Source of the DNA: Hyphomicrobiaceae bacterium
GTDB lineage: Bacteria; Pseudomonadota; Alphaproteobacteria; Rhizobiales; Hyphomicrobiaceae
Assembly: GCA_046154645.1 (NCBI GenBank)
Contig: JBJXDZ010000047.1
Location: 3,269 to 67,268, forward strand
DNA: 64,000 nucleotides
Direction of reading: 5' to 3'
Under the pieces are notes generated by a model, which had not been told where the DNA came from, ran no database searches, and was given only the letters and a program-made list of their open reading frames with translations. The stretch's first letter is position 1, and each line of letters starts with the position of its first letter. Below are positions 17,969-26,998 of the stretch, one piece after another. The position numbers and the translations under genes were made by a program.

Positions 17969-19294
17969 ATGACCAAGCTGATGCATCTCAACCTGTTCAT
18001 TCAAAGTCGCGGCCATCACGAGGCATCCTGGCGGCATCCAGGCGCGTCAAAACTGCCGCTGACCGACATCGACTACACCGTGCAGATGGCGCGCAAGGCC
18101 GAGGCGGGACTCTTCGACTCGATCTTTCTCGCCGACGTGCTGGGCCTGTGGAACGACGTCCGCGCCACCCCCTTCAACTGGCTCGAGCCCATCACCACGC
18201 TCGCCGCCGTGGCCATGGCGACGCAACGCATCGGCCTCATCGCCACTACCTCGACGACCTATACGGAGCCCTACAACCTGGCCCGCCAGTTCGCCTCGCT
18301 GGATCACATCAGTCGTGGCCGGGTGGGGTGGAACATTGTCACCACGTGGTCGCATCAAGCCGGCGCCAACTATGGCGGCCTGCAGGTCAGCCATGCCGAC
18401 CGCTACGAGCGCGCCGAGGAATACATGGCCGTGGTCAATGGCCTCTGGGACAGCTGGTCCGATGATGCCGTCATCGACGACCACGCCGGCGGCCTCTATG
18501 CCGAGCCGAGCCGCGTGCGCGCCATCGACCACAAGGGCCCCCATTACGAGGTCAAGGGCCCGCTCAATCTGCCACGCTCGCCGCAGGGACGGCCCGTGTT
18601 CGTGCAGGCGGGATCATCCGACACAGGCAAGCGCTTCGCCGCGCGCCACGCCGAGGCTGTCTTCACGGCCCATATGGAGCAGTCGACGGCCAAGGCCTTC
18701 TACACCGATCTCAAGGAGCTGGTCGCCGAAGAGGGCCGCGATCCCGCCGGCGTGCTCATCCTGCCGGGCTTCAGTCCCATCATCGCCTCGACCGAGGCGG
18801 AGGCCGGGCGCTACGCCGACGAGCTCAACGCCATGGCCGACGTCGAAATTGGCCGCTCGCGCATGTCCGGCCGTTTCGGTGGCTTCGATTTCTCCAAGAT
18901 CCCCTTGGACAAAGTACTGAGCCCCGACGATTTCCCACCGCCCGATACGGTCGAAGCCTCGCGCAGCCGCACCGAGGTGATCGTCAATTTCGTGCGCAAT
19001 GAGCGGCCGACCCTGCGCCAGCTGCTGGCCAAGCTTGCCGGTGCGCGCGGCCACTTCATGTATACGGGAACGCCGGAGGGCTGCGCCGACCTGATGCAGG
19101 AATGGATCAGCAACGGTGTCTCGGACGGCTTCAACCTGATGCCTCCGGTGCTGCCCGAGATGCTCGATGTGTTCATCGCCGAGGTGGTGCCGATCCTGCA
19201 GAAGCGGGGCCTGTTTCGCAAGGCCTATGCGGCCGAAACCCTGCGCGGCCACTTCGGCCTCACGCGGCCCGCCGTTCGTTTCGGCGCGACGTGA
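17969..19294 (+). CDS. LLM-class flavin-dependent monooxygenase (NtaA/SnaA/DszA family)
   Basis: ATG at 17969. Begins MTKLMHLNLFIQSRGHHEASWRHP. About 441 aa, with the characteristic FDSIFLADV. Confidence 0.9.
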   Translation: MTKLMHLNLFIQSRGHHEASWRHPGASKLPLTDIDYTVQMARKAEAGLFDSIFLADVLGLWNDVRATPFNWLEPITTLAAVAMATQRIGLIATTSTTYTEPYNLARQFASLDHISRGRVGWNIVTTWSHQAGANYGGLQVSHADRYERAEEYMAVVNGLWDSWSDDAVIDDHAGGLYAEPSRVRAIDHKGPHYEVKGPLNLPRSPQGRPVFVQAGSSDTGKRFAARHAEAVFTAHMEQSTAKAFYTDLKELVAEEGRDPAGVLILPGFSPIIASTEAEAGRYADELNAMADVEIGRSRMSGRFGGFDFSKIPLDKVLSPDDFPPPDTVEASRSRTEVIVNFVRNERPTLRQLLAKLAGARGHFMYTGTPEGCADLMQEWISNGVSDGFNLMPPVLPEMLDVFIAEVVPILQKRGLFRKAYAAETLRGHFGLTRPAVRFGAT

Positions 19295-19322
19295 GCGGGC
19301 TTGGCAAGGCTCTTAGCAAGGC

Positions 19323-20603
19323 TCACCCCTTGGCTTTGGCTGCGGCTCCCGTCGCGCGATCGCCGGCCAATTCCTGCGGCCGGATCCAGGTGAAGACGCC
19401 CAATGCCAGCACCATGAGCGCAGCCACACTCGCGAACGCCGCCGTCCACCCGGCCGGTGACATGCCGCCGGAGAGATCGAGCGCCCAGCCGACAATGAGC
19501 GGGCCGACGAACCCGCCCGCATAGCCAAGCATGGAATGCACGGCCAACGTGGCACCGCGGCGCGAGGGCTCAGCCGTGCCAGCCGCGCCGGCCGTCAGCG
19601 ACGAACTGTCGAGCCACACGATGATGCTGTACACAAGCAGCAGCCCCACCGCGAGCGGATACGAATACGAGCCCGCATATCCGAGCACCGCCGCCAAACC
19701 GATCGAGGCCAACATGGCCAGCGAAATCAAACGGCGGCGGCCATAGCGGATCGCCGCCTCGTTGCCGGCGACACTCGCCAACGTGCCGACCAGCCCGAGC
19801 GTCGTTGCCACCACCGCCGGCGACACTGCCGATCCGAGATAGCCCGTCCGCGCCGCCACATAGCCGAGGAAGGCCACGGCCCAGCCGCGCAACGCGCTCA
19901 TCTCCAAGGTGTGAACGCAGTAGGCCGTGGCATAGGCCATCGCCGAGCGATTGCGGAACACGGGGCGGAAGTCGAAGGTGCCTTGCCCGTCGTCGGCGGG
20001 CTTTGCCGCCTTCTTCGCCTGTGCCGGCACCAGCAGCGCCACCAGCAGCCAGGCTACCGCGGCACTGATCCCCGCCGCATAGAACGCCGTCTGCCAGCCG
20101 CCGGAGCGCGCCAGCAGATCACCTGTCGCAAACGACAGCGCGCCTGAAATGCCGATCGAGGCGGCGTGCCCCGTCACCGCCCGCGACATGAGTTTGGCAT
20201 CGACCCGGTCGGCCAACAGTTTGAGGCCGGTCATGTAGGTGCCAGCCCAGCCGAGCCCCGTCAGGCTGCGAAACACCAAGGCCGACCAGAAGCCCTCGGC
20301 GTAGAGCGCGAACAGGAGGTGGCCCACGACCGTGGCGCCGACGCCGAACAGGTAGATGCGCTTTGGATCGATACGGTCGGTCAGTGTCACCAGGACGGGC
20401 ACCGACACCATGTAAGCACCATAGAATGCCGCCGTTATCCACCCCGCCTGGCTGTTCGACAGGCTCCAACGAGGGATCATCTCCGGCAACAGCGCCGGCC
20501 AGAAGAAGGCACCGATCTGCACCAGAACCTGCGCCGCGCACACAAAAGCGACCAGCCGCGCCGGCGTGATCAATTTGGCCGACTGCGTGCCCGGTTCTGA
20601 CAT
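19323..20603 (-). CDS. MFS transporter
   Basis: 426 aa with about 12 hydrophobic segments. Convergent with the monooxygenase. Confidence 0.85.
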   Translation of the reverse strand: MSEPGTQSAKLITPARLVAFVCAAQVLVQIGAFFWPALLPEMIPRWSLSNSQAGWITAAFYGAYMVSVPVLVTLTDRIDPKRIYLFGVGATVVGHLLFALYAEGFWSALVFRSLTGLGWAGTYMTGLKLLADRVDAKLMSRAVTGHAASIGISGALSFATGDLLARSGGWQTAFYAAGISAAVAWLLVALLVPAQAKKAAKPADDGQGTFDFRPVFRNRSAMAYATAYCVHTLEMSALRGWAVAFLGYVAARTGYLGSAVSPAVVATTLGLVGTLASVAGNEAAIRYGRRRLISLAMLASIGLAAVLGYAGSYSYPLAVGLLLVYSIIVWLDSSSLTAGAAGTAEPSRRGATLAVHSMLGYAGGFVGPLIVGWALDLSGGMSPAGWTAAFASVAALMVLALGVFTWIRPQELAGDRATGAAAKAKG

Positions 20604-20613
20604 CCTGCCTCCA

Positions 20614-21036
20614 TCAGCGCCGGTAAGGGTAGCAGCGGGCCGGATCGAGCGTCATCTTGAAGTGCGCGCCCAGCAGTTTGATGGCATCGCCATAGGCCGG
20701 ATAGGGATCGCCATTGGCCTCGCCCACCACGATCGGCCGGAAGGTCTTGTCTTCCTTGGCCCCCGGCGGCAGCATGGCCGTCACCAGCGGCTGCCCGTCG
20801 CGATTGCGCAGCGTGATGAACAGCGGCATGGCGCGCTGGATGTGCGCCTTGAGCCCGATATTCCGCTCGATGTAGAGGCCTGACGGCGGCGGCACATAGC
20901 TTTTCGCAGCCAGTTCCCGTGCCTGCCGGAAATACTTGTCGACGGCATGCTTCATGGCCGTGGCCTCGACCTGCGCCTCGCCCTCGGTTTCCAGGCGAAA
21001 CCAGGTGTTGGGCGGCGCGTCGCATACGAACTGCAT
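20614..21036 (-). CDS. hypothetical protein
   Basis: 140-aa ORF with GC3-rich codon usage and no motif I recognise (MQFVCDAPPNTWFRLETEGE...). Confidence 0.6.
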   Translation of the reverse strand: MQFVCDAPPNTWFRLETEGEAQVEATAMKHAVDKYFRQARELAAKSYVPPPSGLYIERNIGLKAHIQRAMPLFITLRNRDGQPLVTAMLPPGAKEDKTFRPIVVGEANGDPYPAYGDAIKLLGAHFKMTLDPARCYPYRR

Positions 21037-21283
21037 CGTCGACTCCCGAAGGAACGCTACGAGGCGGAAAGCTTACGGCTCCTCATCGGACAGTTCAACC
21101 CACTGCCGAAGCGCAGCATACTATTCCGGCAACGCTGTGATCCTGTGGCACAGTCGACGGCCGCGCCAGTCGGACGGGTGTTGTGGCGGCAGTTGCGTTG
21201 GCACCCACCCACCATTGCCCTCGTGCCCCGCGCCAACCTCCTGTAGGTTGACCACCCGACCACCGATCGAGGCCACCGCCTTC

Positions 21284-22579
21284 ATGTCCCGTGACCAGTA
21301 TCCCCGCTTCGACACATTGGCGCTTCACGCCGGCCAACAGCCCGACGCCGCGACCGGCGCGCGGGCCGTGCCGATCTACCAGACCACCTCGTTCGTCTTC
21401 GACGACACTGAGCACGCCGCAGCGCTGTTCAACCTGGAACGCGCCGGCCACATCTACTCGCGCATCTCGAACCCAACCGTCGCCGTGTTCGAAGAGCGCA
21501 TGGCGGCGCTCGAAGGCGGCGTCGGTGCCGTTGCGACCGCCAGTGGCCAGGCAGCCCTGCATCTCGCCATCGCCACCTTGATGGGGGCCGGCGCGCACAT
21601 CGTCGCCTCGACCCGCATCTACGGCGGCTCGCACAACATGTTCATGCACACGCTGCCGCGTTTCGGCATCACGACGACGCTGGTCGATCCGCGCAATCCC
21701 GCCGAATTCGCCAAGGCCATCCGGCCCGAGACGCGCCTCGTCTACGCCGAGACACTCGGTAATCCCGGCCTCGAGGTGCTCGACATCAAGGCCACGGCCG
21801 ATGTTGCCCACGCGCACGGGCTGCCGCTGATGATCGACTCTACTTTTTCCACGCCCTATCTCAACCGGCCGTTCGAGTGGGGCGCCGACATCGTCATGCA
21901 CTCCGCCACCAAATTCATCGGCGGTCATGGCGTGGCCATTGGCGGCGTCGTTGTCGATGGTGGCCGTTTCGATTGGAGCGCCTCAAAAAAGTTTCCGACA
22001 CTTACCGAGCCCTACGCCGGCTATCATGGCCTGACCTTCGCCGAGGAGTTTGGTCCCTCCGCCTTCGTCATGCGCGCGCGCACCGAGGGCCTCAGAGATT
22101 TCGGCGCCTGCATGAGCCCGCAAACGGCATTCTACCTGCTGCAAGGGCTCGAAACGCTGCACGTCCGTATGGGCCGCCACGTCGTCAACGCAGAGGCCGT
22201 TGCCAAGTTTCTCGCTGGTCACCCAGCCGTCGCCTGGGTCAAGTATCCAGGCCTCGAATCCCACGCCGACCATGCGCTGGCCAGAAAGCAGTTTCCCAAA
22301 GGTTCGGGCGCCATGCTGAGCTTCGGCATCAAGGGGGGACGCAAGGCCGGCCGCATCCTGATCGAGCGCCTGAAGGTGTTCTCGCACTTGGCGAACGTTG
22401 GCGATGCAAAGTCACTGGTCATCCATCCCGGCTCCACCACGCATCAGCAGATGAGCGCCGAGGAGTTGTCGCGCGCCGGCATCGGCGAGGAACTGGTCCG
22501 CCTGTCGATCGGTCTCGAGGATGTGAGCGACCTCACCGAAGATCTCGATCAGGCCCTCAAAGCCGCGCAGAAATCCTGA
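21284..22579 (+). CDS. metY: O-acetylhomoserine aminocarboxypropyltransferase (sulfhydrylase), PLP-dependent
   Basis: ATG at 21284. Begins MSRDQYPRFDTLALHAGQQPDAATGARAVPIYQTTSFVFD, with HSATKFIGGHG (PLP lysine). Confidence 0.9.
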   Translation: MSRDQYPRFDTLALHAGQQPDAATGARAVPIYQTTSFVFDDTEHAAALFNLERAGHIYSRISNPTVAVFEERMAALEGGVGAVATASGQAALHLAIATLMGAGAHIVASTRIYGGSHNMFMHTLPRFGITTTLVDPRNPAEFAKAIRPETRLVYAETLGNPGLEVLDIKATADVAHAHGLPLMIDSTFSTPYLNRPFEWGADIVMHSATKFIGGHGVAIGGVVVDGGRFDWSASKKFPTLTEPYAGYHGLTFAEEFGPSAFVMRARTEGLRDFGACMSPQTAFYLLQGLETLHVRMGRHVVNAEAVAKFLAGHPAVAWVKYPGLESHADHALARKQFPKGSGAMLSFGIKGGRKAGRILIERLKVFSHLANVGDAKSLVIHPGSTTHQQMSAEELSRAGIGEELVRLSIGLEDVSDLTEDLDQALKAAQKS

Positions 22580-22599
22580 TCAGCGAGCAGCAATCAAAG

Positions 22600-23397
22600 A
22601 TGAAACTTTCAGTCCTCGGCCACGACGTCTATGCCGCGACTGGCGGCCAGACCTTCGACGCCTCCAAGCCCACGATCGTCTTCATTCATGGCGCCGGCCT
22701 CGATCACACCTGCTGGGGACTGCAGAGCCGCTGGTTCGCCTGGCATGGCTGGTCGGTGCTGGCGATCGATCTGCCGAGCCATGGCCGCTCGGGTGGTGCG
22801 CCACTCGCGTCGATCCCGGCCATGTGTGATTGGGTGCTGGCGCTGCTCAAGGCCGCAGGCGTTGCGAAGGCCGCTCTCGCCGGCCATTCCATGGGCGCGG
22901 TGATCGCTTTGGAAACGGCGGCCAAAGCGCCGGAGTGCGTGACGCATCTGGCCCTGCTCGGCATCGCCGCCGCCATGCCCGTACATCCCAACCTGCTCGC
23001 CGCTGCCCGCGAGACGCCGGCCAAAGCCTACGACATGATGACCGGCTGGTGCTTCGCCAATGCCGCCAAGATCGGTGGCAACACGGCGCCGGGGCTGTCG
23101 ATGACCGGCGGCGCGCGGGCCCTCTTCGACCGCAACGCACCGGGCGTGCTGGCCGCCGATCTCGCCGCCTGCAGCGCCTGGACTTCCGGCCTCGATAGCG
23201 CGCGCAAAATCACGCTGCCGACGCTGCTCGTGCTCGGCGCGCAGGATGTCATGACGCCTGCCAGGAAGGGCCAGGAACTGGCGGCCGCCATCGACGGCGC
23301 CAAGGCAGTGGTGCTGCCCGCCTCAGGCCATATGATGATGCAGGAGGCCCCCGACGCCACGCTCGACGCGCTCATCACTCATCTCGGTCACCGCTGA
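22600..23397 (+). CDS. alpha/beta hydrolase
   Basis: ATG at 22600. Contains IVFIHGAG and the nucleophile elbow GHSMGA. It starts 20 nt after the metY stop. Confidence 0.85.
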   Translation: MKLSVLGHDVYAATGGQTFDASKPTIVFIHGAGLDHTCWGLQSRWFAWHGWSVLAIDLPSHGRSGGAPLASIPAMCDWVLALLKAAGVAKAALAGHSMGAVIALETAAKAPECVTHLALLGIAAAMPVHPNLLAAARETPAKAYDMMTGWCFANAAKIGGNTAPGLSMTGGARALFDRNAPGVLAADLAACSAWTSGLDSARKITLPTLLVLGAQDVMTPARKGQELAAAIDGAKAVVLPASGHMMMQEAPDATLDALITHLGHR

Positions 23398-23411
23398 CAG
23401 GAAACCGCCAC

Positions 23412-24668
23412 ATGGCTCGCCTCGAAGACTTCGACGACATCAATCGTGCGCACCTCGAGCACATGGAGATGCCGCGGTTTGCCACGACACCGTGGACCAA
23501 GACCAAGCCGCCGTCACAACTGCGCGTGGCCCTGATCTCGACGGCTGGCCTGCAGCGGCGCGGCGACCGACCCTTCGGTCGCGGCTCTGGTGACTACCGG
23601 TTGCTGCCGGGCGATCTGGCGGCCAGCGATCTGGTCATGAGCCACATCTCGACCAACTTCGACCGCACCGGCTTTCAAGAAGACCACAACGTCGTCTATC
23701 CGATCGATCGCTTGCGCGAGTTGGCGGACGCCGGCGTCATCGGCTCGGTCGCCGCCATGCATTACGCCTTCATGGGCGCCACACCACCCGCCGCCATCGA
23801 GAAGTCAGCGCGGCAGCTGGCTGCCCTGCTGCGCAAGGATCAGGTTGACGCCGTGCTCCTCGTGCCGGTTTGACCCGCCTGCACGCGTGCCGTCGGCGCG
23901 CTCGCCCACTATCTCGAAAGCGAAGGCCTGGCCACCGCGGGGATCAGTCTCATTCGCCTGCACAGCGAGAAGATCCGCCCGCCGCGCGCGTTGTGGGTAC
24001 CTTATGAGCTTGGCCGCCCGCTTGGCGCACCCAACGACAAGACCCGGCAAACCAGCGTCCTGCGGGCCTTGATTGCGCTGTTCGAGGCGCCGTCGGGTCC
24101 GGTGCTCGAAGATTTCCCCGACGATGGCAAGACGGCCGCTGCGCCAGAGGACCTCTCGGGGATGGCCTGTCCGATTACCTTCAAGCGAGGCGCCGACGAC
24201 ACGTCGCTCGCGGCCGAAGTGCGCGGTGAGATTGCGCAACTGCAGCCCTGGTACGACCTCGCCCGCGAACGGCGCGGCCGCACCACCTTCGGCGCCGCCG
24301 GACTTGAGATCGAAGATCTGGTCGAACTGCTGATCGCCTGGGCCGACGGAACACCGCCCACGTCACCTGCAGCAAGCTTAGCACCGGAGAACCAGCTCAA
24401 GCTGGCCGTCGAGGATCTGAAGGCCTTCTACCTGGAGGCCGCGAACGCGCAGCCGACACCCGGCGCATCACCGCTGAGCAGTGCCGAGCTTGGCGACTGG
24501 CTGTGGCGCGAGACGGCTGGGGGACGTTTGCTGGTGGCAGTGCACCGGGCCTGCATCGCCTCGGCGCATCCGGCCTGGCGTGTGGTCGGCGCCAACTTCA
24601 TCGTGCCACGGTCGCAGTGGACCCGGCTCGGCATCGATGCCAGTGCTTGGCTCGACGAAAAGAAGTGA
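23412..24668 (+). CDS. PrdB/GrdB-family (selenoprotein B-like) reductase with one in-frame TGA at 23871-23873, candidate selenocysteine codon
   Basis: Track ORFs 23412..23873 and 23991..24668 share a frame. The 39 codons between them contain no stop and are GC3-rich. The read-through gives ...DQVDAVLLVPV-U-PACTRAVGALAHYLESEGLATAG... The family blocks YPIDRLRELADAG and HYAFMG lie upstream. Confidence 0.62.
23885..23901 (+). promoter_or_regulatory. candidate bacterial SECIS upper stem-loop
   Basis: GCGUGCC-GUC-GGCGCGC forms a 7-bp stem (one G-U pair) starting 11 nt after the UGA. GU sits in the apical loop. Confidence 0.4.
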
Positions 24669-24747
24669 GGCGCTTCGCGGCGACATGGAACCGCCGCGCC
24701 GTGACGGCGTCCGGAGCAGGCCCTGGACAGGCCCGCTCCGGTTCAGC

Positions 24748-25098
24748 TCAGGCCTTGACCGCCACGACGGCGATCTCGACCAGGATCAACGGATCGGCGA
24801 GCTTGGCCTCGATGCAGGCGCGGCCGGGCAGGTTCTGGCCACCCGTCCACTCGTTCCAGGCCACGTTCATCTTGTCGCGCAGGCGGATGTCGGGAACCCA
24901 GATGGTGGCGGAGATGACTTTCGACTTGTCGGTGCCGGCGAGTTTCAGCAGCCGATCGATTTCTTTGAGCACCTGCCGCGTCTGGTCGGTGACATCCGTC
25001 GCCGTATTGTCGGGCGTGATGCCGGCTGTGTAGACGAAGCCGTTGGCCTCGACACACTTGGAGAGAATACCTTTGGATTCGTGCCGCTTCAGCGTCAT
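24748..25098 (-). CDS. RidA family protein (YjgF/Endoribonuclease L-PSP)
   Basis: ATG at 25098. Begins MTLKRHESKGILSKCVEANGFVYTAGI and ends with VEIAVVAVKA. Confidence 0.88.
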   Translation of the reverse strand: MTLKRHESKGILSKCVEANGFVYTAGITPDNTATDVTDQTRQVLKEIDRLLKLAGTDKSKVISATIWVPDIRLRDKMNVAWNEWTGGQNLPGRACIEAKLADPLILVEIAVVAVKA

Positions 25099-25289
25099 GG
25101 GGGGCCTCCTACACAATCGTTGCATGGCTGTGATAGCGGCCAAGTTCTAGCATGCTGGCGGCGCGACGCCAGGGGTTGCGGCTGTGCTCCGCGATGCCAG
25201 ATGCTGGCGCCTCGGCTGGCGTGCTATCCAATGGCCACCCCATTGCCTCCCTGAACGGATAAGCCCCCACAACCAGGAAAGACGCGTTC

Positions 25290-26174
25290 ATGCCCCAACC
25301 CGTGATCGGTTTCATTGGCCTTGGCCTGATGGGCGTGGGCTTCACCAGGCGGCTCACGGCGCAAGGCTATGGCGTTGTCGGCTGCGACGTCGTCGCGGAG
25401 AAGGCAGCAGCGGCCATGGCCTGGGGCGTCACGCGCTGCGCCTCGCCGGCCAGGATCGCGGAGGCGGCCGATATCGTCCTCATTGCGGTGACGACACCGG
25501 CCGATCTCGTGTCCATCGTCGAGGGACCCGACGGCATTCTGTCCGCCGTGATGCCGCGCGCTGCGATCATCGTCGATCACTCGACCACCGATATCGCGAC
25601 CACCCGCCGCCTCGCCGACATGCTGCAGAAGCAGGCTGGCATGGGGTTCATCGATGCGCCGGTCTCTGGCGGACCGGCCGCCGCCGAAAGCGGTACGCTC
25701 GCCATCATGGCTGGCGGCCATGACAGCGCCATCGCCGCCGTCCGCCCAGTGATGGAGCGCCTTGGCCGCTTCACGCATATGGGCGCTATCGGTGCCGGGC
25801 AGGCAACGAAGCTGGTCAACCAGGCACTGGTGCTGACCAACTACTGCGTCATCGCCGAGGCGCTCCGTCTGGCCGAAGCCTATGGCATCGATGCCGCGAA
25901 GGTGCCCGAGGCGCTGGCCACCGGGCATGCCGGCTCGAACCTGTTGCCGGTGCTGTTCCCGCGCATGCTCGAGCGGGATTTTGCCGCGCGCGGCTTTGCC
26001 CGCCAAGTGTTGAAGGATTTGGAGCTGCTGAACGACGCCGCCCACGAAAAGCGGTTGGCACTGCCCATGGCCGGCCAGGCGCTGACGCTCTACCGCCTGC
26101 TCAACGCTGCCGGCAAAGGGGAGCTGGACGGGTCTGCCATCCTGACGTTGTGGCCCGATCCCGCAACCGGCTGA
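25290..26174 (+). CDS. NAD(P)-dependent oxidoreductase, 3-hydroxyisobutyrate dehydrogenase family
   Basis: Contains GFIGLGLMG, DAPVSGG and GAGQATKLVNQ. Confidence 0.9.
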   Translation: MPQPVIGFIGLGLMGVGFTRRLTAQGYGVVGCDVVAEKAAAAMAWGVTRCASPARIAEAADIVLIAVTTPADLVSIVEGPDGILSAVMPRAAIIVDHSTTDIATTRRLADMLQKQAGMGFIDAPVSGGPAAAESGTLAIMAGGHDSAIAAVRPVMERLGRFTHMGAIGAGQATKLVNQALVLTNYCVIAEALRLAEAYGIDAAKVPEALATGHAGSNLLPVLFPRMLERDFAARGFARQVLKDLELLNDAAHEKRLALPMAGQALTLYRLLNAAGKGELDGSAILTLWPDPATG

Positions 26175-26276
26175 GCGGTTGCCCCCCGTCGTTTCGAAAA
26201 ATATCTGCTGTCAATCAATTCGTTACGCCTTGTCCCTAAAGTTCAGTCTCGGTTTGGGTCAAATTGGAGTGGGGAC

Positions 26277-26840
26277 ATGCAGAACCTCTTGCGTCGTGAC
26301 CTTGGACATCTGGGATTGTGCCTCGACGAGATGATCGCCGAGGTCGAGGCTCAACTGGAAACTTTGGAAGCTGTGCAGGCCCTGGCGCAACTCGAAACGC
26401 GCGAGGCCCTGGGCGAAACGCTGACGGCGGTGTGCGGGCCATCCCTGCGCGCCAGCCTCAAGCGGCAGATCGCCTCCCACCCGTTGACGACAGCCCGTCG
26501 CAAGCTCGCGGAGTTGCAGCTCATCCTGTCGCCACTCGAGGTGGTGAGCACGCCGCAGGACGACACCGCAACCGTTGCTACCGTGACCGACCTTGCCGCC
26601 TATCGGGCGGAGCGGGCTGAGCCCGTCGCGGCGGCCGTGGTCGCCATTCCGGCCAGTCCACCTGCAGCCCCGCGGCGACTGGGCCGCACGCTGGCGATGC
26701 TGGCCCTGTTGGCCGCAACCGGCCTCGGTTCCCTGTCCGTGGCCAGCCAATTGGGCCGCATACCTGGCTTCGACATTTCGGTAACCGCCATCCCGACGCC
26801 CAGCGCGGCGGCCCGCGTTGATCTCGTGCACGGTTACTGA
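26277..26840 (+). CDS. hypothetical protein with C-terminal transmembrane segment
   Basis: 187 aa, GC3-rich. GGAG lies upstream and the region before it is AT-rich. Contains LAMLALLAATGLGSLSVA. The overlapping minus ORF is Arg-rich and looks non-coding. Confidence 0.55.
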   Translation: MQNLLRRDLGHLGLCLDEMIAEVEAQLETLEAVQALAQLETREALGETLTAVCGPSLRASLKRQIASHPLTTARRKLAELQLILSPLEVVSTPQDDTATVATVTDLAAYRAERAEPVAAAVVAIPASPPAAPRRLGRTLAMLALLAATGLGSLSVASQLGRIPGFDISVTAIPTPSAAARVDLVHGY

Positions 26841-26998
26841 ACGCCGCGTCACGTCTGTCTGAAGGAGCCCGACCAATTGGCCGTGCCGTCTCCGTCGCAC
26901 CCATAACTGCCAGCTGACACATCGTGTCCGCTTGCCCCGCACGCCAGCCTGTGGCACCCCTTTGTCCGGACACCTTTGGACAATGGCGGGGACGCCTC

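Noticed and set aside
21037-21283. 247-nt leader upstream of metY examined for a SAM-II or other SAM riboswitch
   Set aside because: I could not recognise the conserved SAM-II pseudoknot core by eye. The only AAAGCU lies at 21068-21073 inside a self-complementary AAGCTT, with no matching upstream partner. A covariance-model scan (Rfam SAM-II, SAM-V, SAM-SAH) would be needed to settle this.
23412-24668. Alternative reading: the PrdB-like gene is a pseudogene, or two separate genes
   Set aside because: This is not fully excluded. There is only one lesion, coding bias continues across it, the stop sits exactly at the U/C position of a UxxC motif, and a hairpin follows at SECIS spacing. The second track ORF would need a TTG start with no Shine-Dalgarno sequence. 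I therefore favour selenocysteine recoding and keep this alternative as the null hypothesis.
26924-26998. ATG at 26924 as the GMC oxidoreductase start
   Set aside because: It would add 25 non-conserved residues before the FAD-binding beta-alpha-beta motif, which normally begins within the first 10 residues. The GTG at 26999 has GGGGA upstream. The end coordinate is unaffected.
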